A stretch of 64,000 nt of DNA from an uncultured Haloferula sp. Lineage in GTDB: Bacteria > Verrucomicrobiota > Verrucomicrobiia > Verrucomicrobiales > Akkermansiaceae. Below, piece after piece: positions 38,040 through 47,706 of the stretch; the first letter of the stretch is position 1; each line of letters starts with the position of its first letter. Location of the stretch: positions 32,001 to 96,000 of the forward strand of contig CBFGTS010000011.1 of assembly GCA_965652295.1 (NCBI GenBank), read 5' to 3'. Below the pieces are notes generated by a model. It worked only from the letters and a program-made list of their open reading frames with translations, did not search any database and was not told the DNA's origin. A program made the translations under genes and the position numbers.

Positions 38040-39056
38040 TCAGGCAGGATGGCTGGAAGTCATCACCCGCGGCGTGCCGGAGGCCTGGCCGGGCACCTCG
38101 TCGAGAATCGAACGGACGACGTCGTTCTGCGAAATCCCTTCGACCCGCGCATTGTATTCGAGCACCAGGCGGTGGCGCAGCACCGCGGGGGCGACGAAGC
38201 GGACGTCCTCGAAAGAGGCGTTCACGCGGCCGTTCATCAGCGCGCGGGCCTTGGCGGCGGAGGCCAGCGAAAGCGCGGCGCGCGGGCTGGCCCCGTAACG
38301 CACGCTGCGCGAGGCGGCGGATTGGCCCGGGTGGGTGGCATCGACGAGCCGGGCGATGTAGTTGGCGACGACTTCCGGAAGGAAGATCCGTCGCACCAGG
38401 GTGAGGATCGCTTCGAGGTCCTCCGCACTCATGATCGCCTCCACGACCGGTTCGGCTCCGAGTTCGCGCTGGGTGACGATTTTCTCCAGCGTCTGCACGC
38501 TGTTGCGGGTGACCTCGAGTTTGAAAAGGAAGCGGTCGAGCTGCGCCTCGGGCAGCGGGTAGGTGCCTTCCAGCTCGATCGGGTTCTGCGTGGCGAGGAC
38601 GAAGAACGGTTTCGGCAGCTCGTGCGTCTGGCCGAGGACCGTGACGCGCCGCTCCTGCATGGCTTCGAGCAGGGCGGACTGGGTTTTCGGCGAGGCGCGG
38701 TTGATCTCGTCGGCCAGCACGATGTTGGTGAAGAGCGGTCCCGGCTGGAACACGAACTCGCGGCGTCCCTCGACCTCCTGGAGGACCGGGTTGCCCGTGA
38801 TGTCGCCCGGCAGCAGGTCCGGCGTGAACTGGATCCGCTTGGTGCCGAGGTGGAGGGTCTTGGACAAGCCCTTGACCAGCTCCGTTTTCCCGAGGCCCGG
38901 CAGGCCTTCGAGCAGGATGTGGCCGCGGGAGAGCACGCCGGTGAGGACCAGCTCGACGAGTTCTTCCTGGCCGAACAGGACCTGGTTGAGCGCCGCGGTC
39001 AGAGAGCGGACGTGTTTGCCGGCGGCGGCGACTTCGGTTTCGGAGGCGAATTCCAT
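38040..39056 (-). CDS. MoxR family AAA+ ATPase
   Basis: GLPGLGKT, RIQFTPDLLP, DEINRASPKTQSALL, ATQNPIE, AQLDRF. Confidence 0.95.
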   Translation of the reverse strand: MEFASETEVAAAGKHVRSLTAALNQVLFGQEELVELVLTGVLSRGHILLEGLPGLGKTELVKGLSKTLHLGTKRIQFTPDLLPGDITGNPVLQEVEGRREFVFQPGPLFTNIVLADEINRASPKTQSALLEAMQERRVTVLGQTHELPKPFFVLATQNPIELEGTYPLPEAQLDRFLFKLEVTRNSVQTLEKIVTQRELGAEPVVEAIMSAEDLEAILTLVRRIFLPEVVANYIARLVDATHPGQSAASRSVRYGASPRAALSLASAAKARALMNGRVNASFEDVRFVAPAVLRHRLVLEYNARVEGISQNDVVRSILDEVPGQASGTPRVMTSSHPA

Positions 39057-39180
39057 ACGGTTCTAACGAAAGAGTCTGCCGGGATTATTGGAGGGATTCA
39101 TGAATGCGCGATGAAAAACCTTGGAAGCTTGCCGCGCCGTTTCCCGCCAGCGTGCTCGCACGGCTTTTCCATGGAAACGC

Positions 39181-39213
39181 AAAACCCGCCCGACGGGACG
39201 CGTCGGGCGGGTT
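39181..39213 (-). terminator. Probable intrinsic terminator after the LysM gene
   Basis: Minus strand AACCCGCCCGACG-cgtcc-CGTCGGGCGGGTTTT. Confidence 0.65.
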
Positions 39214-39262
39214 GCCATGCCCCTTGTTGACGGGCGTTTCTCAGCGAGGAAGTCGGCCTCTA

Positions 39263-40132
39263 TTAAGGCTGAGCGGGAATATAGAGTTCCGACCCTTCGG
39301 CAAGGACCTGACCTGGTTCGAGGTTCAGTCCGTTGAGAGCGTTGAGTTTGGCAGGGCTGGCGCCATACCGGTTGGCGAAATCGTTGAAGCTGATTTTCTC
39401 CGTGATGCGGATCGAGCGCACGGTGGTCCGCTGGCTGACGGTGCGGGTGGAGCCGCTCTCCGCTTTGCGCGGTGTGGGCACTTCATTCTTGGCCGGGGCA
39501 TCAGGCCGCGGGCTCTCGGTCACGGCCGGGGCGGAAGTCTCGCGGGAAAGCTTGAGCGATTGCCCGATGCGAAGCGCGTTGGGATTCACTTCCGGATTGG
39601 CGCGGGAGAGATCATCGACGCTCAATCCGCGGCGGCGGGCGATGCTGTAGAAGGTTTCGCCAGCGGCCACCTTGTGCACCGGGGTGTCGGCGGCCACGGC
39701 AGGGGTCGGTTTGGACTCCTCGCCCGCAGTGATGCGGAGTTTCTGGCCAATGCGGATCAGCCCGGCGTTGCGCAGGCCGTTCAGCTTCACCAGAGCCGAG
39801 GTCGAGGTGCTGTGCTTGCGGGCGATGACCGAGAGGGTTTCGCCCGACTTGACGGTGTGGTAAACGGGCTCTTTCGCCGCGGCGGGGGCCGGGGAGGGCG
39901 CGGTGGCTTCGGCCGTGCGGACGATCTCCTCCTTCTTGGAGGGGGCGGTTACCTCCGATTCCCGATGTTCGGTGAGCAGCTCGCGAAGTCGGCTGTTTTC
40001 CAGCTCAAGCCGGCGGATCTGCCGTTCCTGCTCATCACAACGATGGCGAAGGGCGTCGGCGCTTTCCGCGGCCGAGGCCAGCGGCAGGGTCAAGACGCAG
40101 GAGCTGAAGAGAATCGTGGCCAGCGCTTTCAT
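39263..40132 (-). CDS. Secreted protein with a coiled coil and LysM domains
   Basis: HTVKSGETLSVIARKH, HKVAAGETFYSIARR, and a third degenerate LysM. Confidence 0.9.
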   Translation of the reverse strand: MKALATILFSSCVLTLPLASAAESADALRHRCDEQERQIRRLELENSRLRELLTEHRESEVTAPSKKEEIVRTAEATAPSPAPAAAKEPVYHTVKSGETLSVIARKHSTSTSALVKLNGLRNAGLIRIGQKLRITAGEESKPTPAVAADTPVHKVAAGETFYSIARRRGLSVDDLSRANPEVNPNALRIGQSLKLSRETSAPAVTESPRPDAPAKNEVPTPRKAESGSTRTVSQRTTVRSIRITEKISFNDFANRYGASPAKLNALNGLNLEPGQVLAEGSELYIPAQP

Positions 40133-40276
40133 GATGGGGTGGAGATTTTCAAAAAAGTTAGGTTAGATCAATTAGAATTTAGAATTTCTTAAATATTGGG
40201 CGCAAATCCGTCCTCAAGTCGTTGAGAATCAATTTTTTCGCTGAGTCGTCTGATGGACGCAGGGGCCGCCGAGGCC

Positions 40277-41479
40277 TCAGGAGTCGCCTTGATCGGCCTC
40301 TTCGGGAGTGCCGGTGGTGACGGGCGCGGCCTCGATGATTTCCACCGGGGCGCCATCGGGGGCGTAGGGAAGGCGGGTGGTGGCGAGCCACTGCCCGGCT
40401 TCCAGTCCTTCGGCGATGACCAGCGTATCGGCGGTGGACCAGATGGGGTTGATTTTGGTGCGAAGGATCGCGGGTTCGTCGTGATCGACGAGGTAGACGG
40501 TATTCACGCCACGCAGGGCATGGCGGGGAATAACGATGACGTTTTCCAGCACGTGTCCCTCGATCGTGGCGCGGACCGGCTGACCGATCCGCAGCGGCTC
40601 GTGCCGGGAATGGAGGCCGAAGGGGTCGTCGATGCGGGCGATGACGAAAAGCTCCCGCGATGCGGGGTCGAGGGCACCCTCGGTGCGGACGATCCGGCCG
40701 GACCAGGTGGCGGGTTCGGCCGCGGGGGTGATGCCGAGGGCGTCGGTGAGGGTGACGGGGAGGGACGGATCGCTTTCCTGAACGGGGAGGTCGATGAACG
40801 CGAGCTGCTCGGGGGTGAGGGGCAACCGGACTTCCGCGAAATCCGTGGCGAAGAGGGTGCCGAGGTCGGTGGAGGCACCGACGGATTGGCCGAGACCGAC
40901 GAGTCGCTGCCGGACCCGCCCGTCGAAGGGTGCGCGGATCTTGGTGCGCTGGAGGTTGCGTTCGGCCTGATCGAGTTCGGCGCGGGCGGCATCGACGGTG
41001 GCGCGCGCTTGTTTGAGCTGGGGAATCCGCAGTACCAGCTCGGAGGGATCCTCATCGTAGCCGAGGTCCTCCCAATTCAGCCGGGCTTGGCGGGCGCGGG
41101 CTTCTTCCTGAGCGAGGGCGGCCTCGGCCTGGGCGAGCCGGGAGCGGGCACCTTCGACGGTCGCGGTGAAGTCCGCGGGATCGAGTTCCGCAAGAACATC
41201 GCCCTTTTTGAAGAACGCGCCGTCCTCGAAGTTGGAGTGGATGGAAACGATGGTGCCGGAGACGGTGGGCGTCAGTGGCGTTTCATGGTGGGCGCGGACG
41301 ACGCCCTGCGAATCGAGCAGGACGCGGTAGTCGGTCCGTTGCAGCTCGGCGACCTCGGTTTTGAGCTTCTGGGGCTCGACGTGTTCCATCTCCGGCGGCG
41401 GCTCCGGAATGGAGATGCGCCATGCCAGCAGGCCGCCGATGCAGAGAATGACGAAGGGAATCAGGGTGCGGGTCAGCAT
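40277..41479 (-). CDS. RND periplasmic adaptor (MFP)
   Basis: VSGTI, FKKGDVLA, IRAPFDG; paralog of 10377-11552. Confidence 0.9.
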   Translation of the reverse strand: MLTRTLIPFVILCIGGLLAWRISIPEPPPEMEHVEPQKLKTEVAELQRTDYRVLLDSQGVVRAHHETPLTPTVSGTIVSIHSNFEDGAFFKKGDVLAELDPADFTATVEGARSRLAQAEAALAQEEARARQARLNWEDLGYDEDPSELVLRIPQLKQARATVDAARAELDQAERNLQRTKIRAPFDGRVRQRLVGLGQSVGASTDLGTLFATDFAEVRLPLTPEQLAFIDLPVQESDPSLPVTLTDALGITPAAEPATWSGRIVRTEGALDPASRELFVIARIDDPFGLHSRHEPLRIGQPVRATIEGHVLENVIVIPRHALRGVNTVYLVDHDEPAILRTKINPIWSTADTLVIAEGLEAGQWLATTRLPYAPDGAPVEIIEAAPVTTGTPEEADQGDS

Positions 41480-41551
41480 TGGGGCGGGCGGACTGTCGGT
41501 GAGGAGTCGGACTTTGCCAAATACGAAGGACGGGCGGAAATGTTGCGCCGT

Positions 41552-42961
41552 TCAGGATTCGCGAGTGCGGAAATCGCCGCCGAGCGCCAAGTGGAGGTCG
41601 ATGCGGTTGAGCAGGCGTTCGTTACGGAGGCGGATGAGGCTGGCCCGGGCATTGTTGGCGCGGCGCTGGGCTTCCAGTACGTCGAGGATGTCGGAGCCCT
41701 CGATGCCGTCGGCGTAGTCCCGGGTGGACTGCTTTTCCGCCAGCGCGGCTTGCTCGACCTCGGTAATAAGGTATTTTTCCTGCTCGGCGAGCGAGTGATC
41801 GGCATCGAGGGCCGACTCGACTTCACGGAAGGCCTGAAGGGCGGCCTGGTGGTAGTCGTGAACCGCGGCCTGGTTCTGCTCCGCGGCGGCGCGGGCCTGG
41901 TTGCTGAGCGCGCCGCCGGAGTAGAGCGCTTGGGCGAGGTTCGCTCCGATGCTGGCGACGAGCCAGTCGGGGTTGAGGAGGTTGCTGAAAGTGGAGACCG
42001 GCGTGCCGGCGGAGGTGGAGAGGCCGAGAGAGGGCAGCAGGGATTTGCGAGCTGCGTCGGCGCGGCGGGCGCTGGCGAAGATTTCCGCACGGGCGGCGGC
42101 GAGGTCGGGGCGGCGCTCCAGCAACTCGGACGGCAGCCCGGCAGGGACGCGCCGGCTCAGATCCGGCAGTTCGCGGCCGGCTCTGGATTTGCCGGAGGGA
42201 TAGGTGCCGGTGAGTAGCTCGAGCGTGCGCGCGGCTTCGTCGCGGGCGAGCCGGCGGCTTTCGAGATCGCGGCGGGCGGAAGCCACGTTGGTGCGGCCGA
42301 ACTGGACGTCGAGCGCACCTTGGCCGGTGCCCTTGTAGTTGCGCTCGCTGATGCGCAGGTTCCGTTCGAAGGAATCGAGCGTGACCCGGGCGAGTTCCAG
42401 CTGTTGCTCGGCGGCGATCAGGTTGCACCACGCGCGGGCGGTGGCGGCGGCGAGGGAAAGACGGGCCCCGCGGAAAAGCGCGCGGGTCGAGAAATAGTCG
42501 GCATCGTCCGCGGCATTGAGGTCGCGCAGGCGGCCCCAGAGGTCGGCTTCCCATGACGCGGAGACGGTCAGACCGTAGCTTTCCGAGCTGCTGGCCGGTG
42601 CCCGACCGTTTTCGGCCCGGCTGAGATTTCCGGACGACCCGAGCGCCGCTTGCGGGAGCACGCGCGACCGGCCGGCGAGACGGACGTATTTCGCGGAGCG
42701 CATGCGTGCGGCGGCGGCGGCGAGGTCCTGGTTGTGGGCGATCGCGGCATGAACGGTACGTTCCATGTCACGGTCGCCGAAGGTATCGATCCAACTCGTG
42801 CTGATGCGGCCGTCATTGCCTTGCCCGGCGCTGCTCCATGAGGCGGGCGAGGCCACCGCCGAGGCGCTGACGGGGGCCCGGAATGTCCATGAGGAACAGC
42901 CTGTGACGAGGAAGATGAGGAGGCTCAGGATGCCGGGATAACTTCGTGAATTCCGTTGCAT
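41552..42961 (-). CDS. RND outer membrane factor lipoprotein
   Basis: Lipobox LVTGC; SWEADLWG, PSELLERRPDL, LALGG. Confidence 0.9.
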   Translation of the reverse strand: MQRNSRSYPGILSLLIFLVTGCSSWTFRAPVSASAVASPASWSSAGQGNDGRISTSWIDTFGDRDMERTVHAAIAHNQDLAAAAARMRSAKYVRLAGRSRVLPQAALGSSGNLSRAENGRAPASSSESYGLTVSASWEADLWGRLRDLNAADDADYFSTRALFRGARLSLAAATARAWCNLIAAEQQLELARVTLDSFERNLRISERNYKGTGQGALDVQFGRTNVASARRDLESRRLARDEAARTLELLTGTYPSGKSRAGRELPDLSRRVPAGLPSELLERRPDLAAARAEIFASARRADAARKSLLPSLGLSTSAGTPVSTFSNLLNPDWLVASIGANLAQALYSGGALSNQARAAAEQNQAAVHDYHQAALQAFREVESALDADHSLAEQEKYLITEVEQAALAEKQSTRDYADGIEGSDILDVLEAQRRANNARASLIRLRNERLLNRIDLHLALGGDFRTRES

Positions 42962-42993
42962 TTGGAAACGATCAATGTTGAAAGTCGCCGCGC

Positions 42994-43716
42994 GTGACCA
43001 GCAACCGAAAGTTCCTTACGTGGATGGCTTGCCTGCTATTTCTTGGCAAGGGTGGAGGGCTTCTGGTTGCAGCGGAAACGGACAAGCCGGAACCTCCCCC
43101 GGCCGCGGAAGTCGCGGCGGAGGATGAGAAAAAGGAGGAGTCGAAGGAGAAGCCGGACGAGGAGGAAACATCCGATAAGTCCGATAAATCCGATGAGTCG
43201 GAGGTGGAGGAGATCGACGTCGTCGAGGAGGAACGTCGTGAGGAAGAGGCCGCTGTGGCGCGTCCGGTGAACGGCGATCCGGTTCAGATTTACGGCTGGC
43301 GTGAGTGGGTGGTGTTGGAGAATGACAACGAATCCGAGAAGTTTCCCGCCAAGCTCGACACCGGTGCCCTCACCAGTTCGCTGCATTGCGAGGACAAGAC
43401 GCTTTTCGAGAGGGACGGGCGCAAATGGGTCCGCTTCATTGTCACCAACCCGCGCAATGAGAAGTCGAAGCGGCTTCAGATGGAGGCACCTCTGGTGCGT
43501 ATCGCCCACATCAAGGAGCCCGCGGGAGAATCGGAAGCACGCGAAACGGTGATGCTCCGCTTCAAAATCGGCGAGCGAAGCCTCAAGGCCGAGTTCACGT
43601 TGAACAACCGCTCCAACATGCTCAGCCCCGTGTTGATCGGCCGCAAGACCATCAAGGAGCTCGGGTGGGTCGATCCCAGCCGCGCTTACCTTGCGGACAA
43701 GAAGGTGCTGCGCTAA
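42994..43716 (+). CDS. RimK-associated retropepsin-like aspartyl protease (often annotated as ATP-dependent Zn protease)
   Basis: GWREWV, AKLDTGA, EFTLNNR, VLIGR; signal peptide and acidic linker. Confidence 0.85.
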   Translation: MTSNRKFLTWMACLLFLGKGGGLLVAAETDKPEPPPAAEVAAEDEKKEESKEKPDEEETSDKSDKSDESEVEEIDVVEEERREEEAAVARPVNGDPVQIYGWREWVVLENDNESEKFPAKLDTGALTSSLHCEDKTLFERDGRKWVRFIVTNPRNEKSKRLQMEAPLVRIAHIKEPAGESEARETVMLRFKIGERSLKAEFTLNNRSNMLSPVLIGRKTIKELGWVDPSRAYLADKKVLR

Positions 43717-43770
43717 CCCTTGGTTCAAGCCGCGGCCCGGCCCCTTGCCGGACCGTTTCCTGGTCTCCCC

Positions 43771-45312
43771 ATGAGAGCCCGATTCAAACTTCTCGCCATC
43801 GTCCTGATCCTTGCGCTGCTGGGCGGAGGCCTCGCGGCTTACAAGCACACCGTCATCGGCATCCCCTTCAAAGCCGGCGAGAACCCGGCGGAGTGGCTGG
43901 TCGAAGCGAAGGTCACGTTCGCGGCCTTCGGCGATCCGGTCGTGGTCAAACTCTCGCTTCCGCCCGCGGATATCACGAGGGACCTGGGGATCGACGCCCA
44001 GTCCTCTGGCTACAGTTTCCGCACCGAGGCGGACGAGCAGGGCGACCTGACGGGGATCTGGGAGTCGGACTCGCCGGAGGGTCCGCAATCGCTCTACTAT
44101 CGCGTTCGTTTTCCGAGTTCCGGCATCAACAGCGCCGGGCCGGTTTCCGCCGTAGGTGAGGCTCCTCGGGCGATCGATCCCGGGATGCCGGGCAGTCGCC
44201 GCGCGGCGGCGGAGAGTGTGATCCGTCGTGTCAGTGAGTTTTCTTCCACCGCTGACTCGCGCTTTGTCGGGATCTTCCGGGAAATCACGGCCATCGAGGC
44301 CTCGCAGGAGATCGCGCTGTTGAAGCGGGCTTACGCCGAGGGCGATGGCCGCCGCGGGCTGATCAGCCTCGGCATTGACCTGCTCAATCTTGCCGGCATT
44401 CCCGCACGGCTTGCCTACGGTGTGCGGTTGGAGGAGATGCGGGGTTCCCAAGAGGTGCTGCTCCTGGTCGAGTATTTTGACGGGGTGCACTGGAAGGTGC
44501 GCAATCCCGACGCCCCCTCAGATCAGCTCCGGCCGCACGAGGTCTTCGTCTGGAACCGTGGCGGTGACGCCCTGTTCGAGGTGAACGAAGGCGCGGAGAA
44601 CTCGAGCCTGGTTTTCACCGCGGTGCGCGACCCGATCCCGATGGAGCGGCTGACGGATCTCAGCGATTCCAGTCTCATGGTTTCGACGATTCTGGCGCTG
44701 CCGGCTTCCGAGCGGCAGGTGTTCCGGTTCGTCGTGCTGATCCCGATCGGCGCCTTCGTGGTGGTGCTTTTGCGGAACATCGTCGGCATCGCCACACTGG
44801 GCACCTTCATGCCCGTTCTGTTGGCGCTTTCGCTGCTGGAGATGCCCCTGCGCAGCGGTCTCATCATGTTCGTGGTGATCATTACCGCGGGCCTCTGGTT
44901 CCGGTTCCTGCTTTCGCGGCTGAACCTGCTGGTGGTGCCACGGGTGGCGGCGTGTGTGGTGATCGTGACCCTGCTGATGATGCTCCTCAGCGTGATCAGC
45001 TGGAAGCTGGGCATGCGCGACGGTCTGAAGATCACGCTCTTTCCGATGATCATTCTCGCCTGGACGATCGAGCGCATGTCGTTGATCTGGGAGGAGGAGG
45101 GGAAACGCAGCGCGTTGTTGCAGGTGACCGGCTCGCTGTTTGTCGCCGTGGTGGCGTTCTCCGTGATGGAGCAAAGGCAGATCCGCTACTGGGCGTTTTA
45201 CTTCCCCGAGCTGCTGTTGGTATTGCTCGCAGGGATCATCCTCATCGGCCGCTACACCGGATACCGGTTCAGCGAGCTGATGCGCTTCAAGAATTTCGAG
45301 CCGGCAGCATGA
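43771..45312 (+). CDS. Inactive transglutaminase fused to a 7TM domain
   Basis: AGIPARL transglutaminase core without an evident catalytic Cys; LIPIGA..LRNIVG..TLGTFMPVL, FPMIILAWTIER, GRYTGYR..EL.RF. Confidence 0.85.
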   Translation: MRARFKLLAIVLILALLGGGLAAYKHTVIGIPFKAGENPAEWLVEAKVTFAAFGDPVVVKLSLPPADITRDLGIDAQSSGYSFRTEADEQGDLTGIWESDSPEGPQSLYYRVRFPSSGINSAGPVSAVGEAPRAIDPGMPGSRRAAAESVIRRVSEFSSTADSRFVGIFREITAIEASQEIALLKRAYAEGDGRRGLISLGIDLLNLAGIPARLAYGVRLEEMRGSQEVLLLVEYFDGVHWKVRNPDAPSDQLRPHEVFVWNRGGDALFEVNEGAENSSLVFTAVRDPIPMERLTDLSDSSLMVSTILALPASERQVFRFVVLIPIGAFVVVLLRNIVGIATLGTFMPVLLALSLLEMPLRSGLIMFVVIITAGLWFRFLLSRLNLLVVPRVAACVVIVTLLMMLLSVISWKLGMRDGLKITLFPMIILAWTIERMSLIWEEEGKRSALLQVTGSLFVAVVAFSVMEQRQIRYWAFYFPELLLVLLAGIILIGRYTGYRFSELMRFKNFEPAA

Positions 45313-46289
45313 AGCGTTGGTGGCACCGCTGGATGCGCACGCCCTCCGAGCTGAGGGAAATGGGCGTCGTGGGCATCAACATGCGCAACGCCCGCTATGT
45401 GCTGCCGAACAATTCGCGACGGCTCTACGACCTGGTGGACAACAAGGTGCGGACGAAGTCGCTGGCGGTGGAGCGGGGCATTGCCGTGCCGGAGACCTAC
45501 GGCGTGGTGCGCGATCCGGGCGACGTGCGAAATTTCGAGCGGCTGCTGGATGGGCGGGAATCTTTCGTGGTCAAGCCGACCCGTGGCTCGGGCGGCAAGG
45601 GCGTGTTGGTCGTAGCGGGCCGCGAGGATGGAATGTACTACAAACCTAGTGGTGCCAGGCTTTCATCGGCCGAGGTGCGCCATCACTTGCAGAACATCCT
45701 GGCCGGGCTCTACAGCCTCGGCGGCAAGCGCGACACCGCCCTGGTCGAATACAAGGTGGTGGCGGAGCCTCTGATGACCTCCATCAGCTTTCAGGGTGCG
45801 CCGGATATCCGCATCGTCCTTTTCCATGGCTACCCGGTGCTTGCCATGCTGCGCGCCTCGACCCGCGAGTCGGACGGACGCTCGAATCTCCACCAGGGAG
45901 CGCTGGGCATCGGGGTCGATATCGTGACCGGCCGGACGGTCCATGCGGTCCACCACGGGCGGGCGGTGGAAAAGCATCCGGACCTGAAGGTGCCGGTGGT
46001 GGGCGTGCAGGTTCCCGAGTGGGACCGGATCCTGGAAATCGCCGTGACCTGTTATGAAATGACGGGCCTGGGTTATCTTGGCGTGGATTTGATGATCGAT
46101 GAGACCAAGGGCCCGCTGATGATCGAGGTGAACGCCCGCCCGGGTCTGGCGATCCAGCTCGCCAACGGGGTGGGCCTGCTCAAGCGCCTGGAACCGATTT
46201 CCGCCCGTGTGAAGAGCCATCCGAAAGAGACGCCGGAGCGCAGGATCGCCTTTTCGAAGAAAAGCTTTGCCCGTGCCGCCGCTGAGTGA
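45309..46289 (+). CDS. Alpha-L-glutamate ligase-like ATP-grasp protein
   Basis: GINMRN, VKPTRGSGGKG, PDIRI, SNLHQG, YLGVD, EVNARPGL. Confidence 0.88.
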   Translation: MKRWWHRWMRTPSELREMGVVGINMRNARYVLPNNSRRLYDLVDNKVRTKSLAVERGIAVPETYGVVRDPGDVRNFERLLDGRESFVVKPTRGSGGKGVLVVAGREDGMYYKPSGARLSSAEVRHHLQNILAGLYSLGGKRDTALVEYKVVAEPLMTSISFQGAPDIRIVLFHGYPVLAMLRASTRESDGRSNLHQGALGIGVDIVTGRTVHAVHHGRAVEKHPDLKVPVVGVQVPEWDRILEIAVTCYEMTGLGYLGVDLMIDETKGPLMIEVNARPGLAIQLANGVGLLKRLEPISARVKSHPKETPERRIAFSKKSFARAAAE

Positions 46290-46302
46290 GGGAGTCAACG
46301 GT

Positions 46303-46983
46303 ATGATCGAAGCAACCAACCTTCACCGCAGCTACCGCATCGGCGCGAAGTCGATCGAGGTGCTGCACGGCGTGGACCTCCACCTGCGCAAAGGCGAGTG
46401 CGTGTTTCTGTGCGGACCGAGCGGCGCGGGAAAAACGACGCTACTCTACACCCTCGCGGGCTTGGAAAGGCCGCAGCAGGGGTCGGTGCGGATCGCGGGA
46501 ACCGATCTTTACGCCCTCGGCGGGCGCAAGCAGGCGGCCTTCCGCAACCGCCACATCGGTTACGTTTTCCAGAATTACCTGCTGCTTCCGGAGCTGACCG
46601 CGCTGGAGAACGTGATGGTCCCGGGGGCGATCGGGGGGGCGGACACCCGTGGGGAGGCGATGCAGGCCCTGGAAAAGGTGGGATTGGTCGAGCGGGCGGA
46701 TCACCTGCCGGCGGAACTGTCCGGCGGGGAGCAGCAGCGGGTGGCCATCGCGCGCGCGATCAGCGCCCGGCCATCGGTGCTCTTCGCGGATGAACCCACT
46801 GGCAATCTCGACACCCGAAACAGCGAGGAGGTGATGGCACTGCTCACCGGTCTCGCGCGGGAGAGTGGAACTACCCTGGTGGTGGTGACGCATAACCCGG
46901 CGCTCTCAAGTCGCGGCGACCGCACCCTGTGGATGTGCGACGGAACGTTCAGCGAGCGGCTGCCTGCGGAAATGGCACCCTGA
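46303..46983 (+). CDS. LolD/MacB-like ABC ATP-binding protein
   Basis: GPSGAGKTT, LSGGEQQR, ADEPTGNLD. Confidence 0.9.
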   Translation: MIEATNLHRSYRIGAKSIEVLHGVDLHLRKGECVFLCGPSGAGKTTLLYTLAGLERPQQGSVRIAGTDLYALGGRKQAAFRNRHIGYVFQNYLLLPELTALENVMVPGAIGGADTRGEAMQALEKVGLVERADHLPAELSGGEQQRVAIARAISARPSVLFADEPTGNLDTRNSEEVMALLTGLARESGTTLVVVTHNPALSSRGDRTLWMCDGTFSERLPAEMAP

Positions 46984-47164
46984 CAAAGGGCGGGCTGCAC
47001 CATCGACATCGCGGATTGCATGCCCCGGCCGGACTCCGCGGGTCGGGCGATATTCGTAATGCGCTGGCTTCAAGCTAATTATGTTCAGGTTGCCGACGGA
47101 ATGCCGTGTGCATGGGAAAAGGAGCCGGCGTATTCGAGCCGGATTTGAACCCCTCTTTACCAAT

Positions 47165-47605
47165 ATGAGCACGACCATCCAAAAAGACTGTATCGACGTT
47201 TGCAACCGCCTCCTCCGTGGCGAGATCTCGGCGGTGGAAACCTACGCCCAGGCCATCGAACGATTCGAAGGCGAGCCGGAGGTGACTGTCCTGCGCCGCA
47301 TCCAGGACGAGCACCGCGCGAGCGTCGCCAAGCTGAAGGCCCACGTGATTTCCATGGGCGGTCAGCCCGACAGCGACTCCGGCGCATGGGGCAATTTCGC
47401 CAAAGGCGTCGAGGGAGCAGCCAAGCTGTTCGGCGAGAAATCCGCCGTCTCCGCTCTGAAGCAGGGCGAGGAATTCGGGATCGGCCTCTATGAGTCGGCG
47501 CTGAACGACGAGGACGTCCTCCCCGACGCCAAGACGATGATCACGACGGATCTGCTTCCGCGTCTGCGGACCCACCTGAGCAGCCTTTCCGCCATCGGAG
47601 CGTGA
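47165..47605 (+). CDS. Ferritin-like four-helix bundle protein (PA2169/DUF2383-like)
   Basis: NRLLRGEISAVETY, DEH, LKQGEE..Y pattern. Confidence 0.8.
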   Translation: MSTTIQKDCIDVCNRLLRGEISAVETYAQAIERFEGEPEVTVLRRIQDEHRASVAKLKAHVISMGGQPDSDSGAWGNFAKGVEGAAKLFGEKSAVSALKQGEEFGIGLYESALNDEDVLPDAKTMITTDLLPRLRTHLSSLSAIGA

Positions 47606-47706
47606 AGCCGGACATTCGATAGCTGCGTCTCCTGCGACGGTCTTCCGGGGCCGTCGCTTTCTTTTGAAGGTGGCGGCGAAGGGTTTTCGCGGCATGTTAG
47701 GGAACG

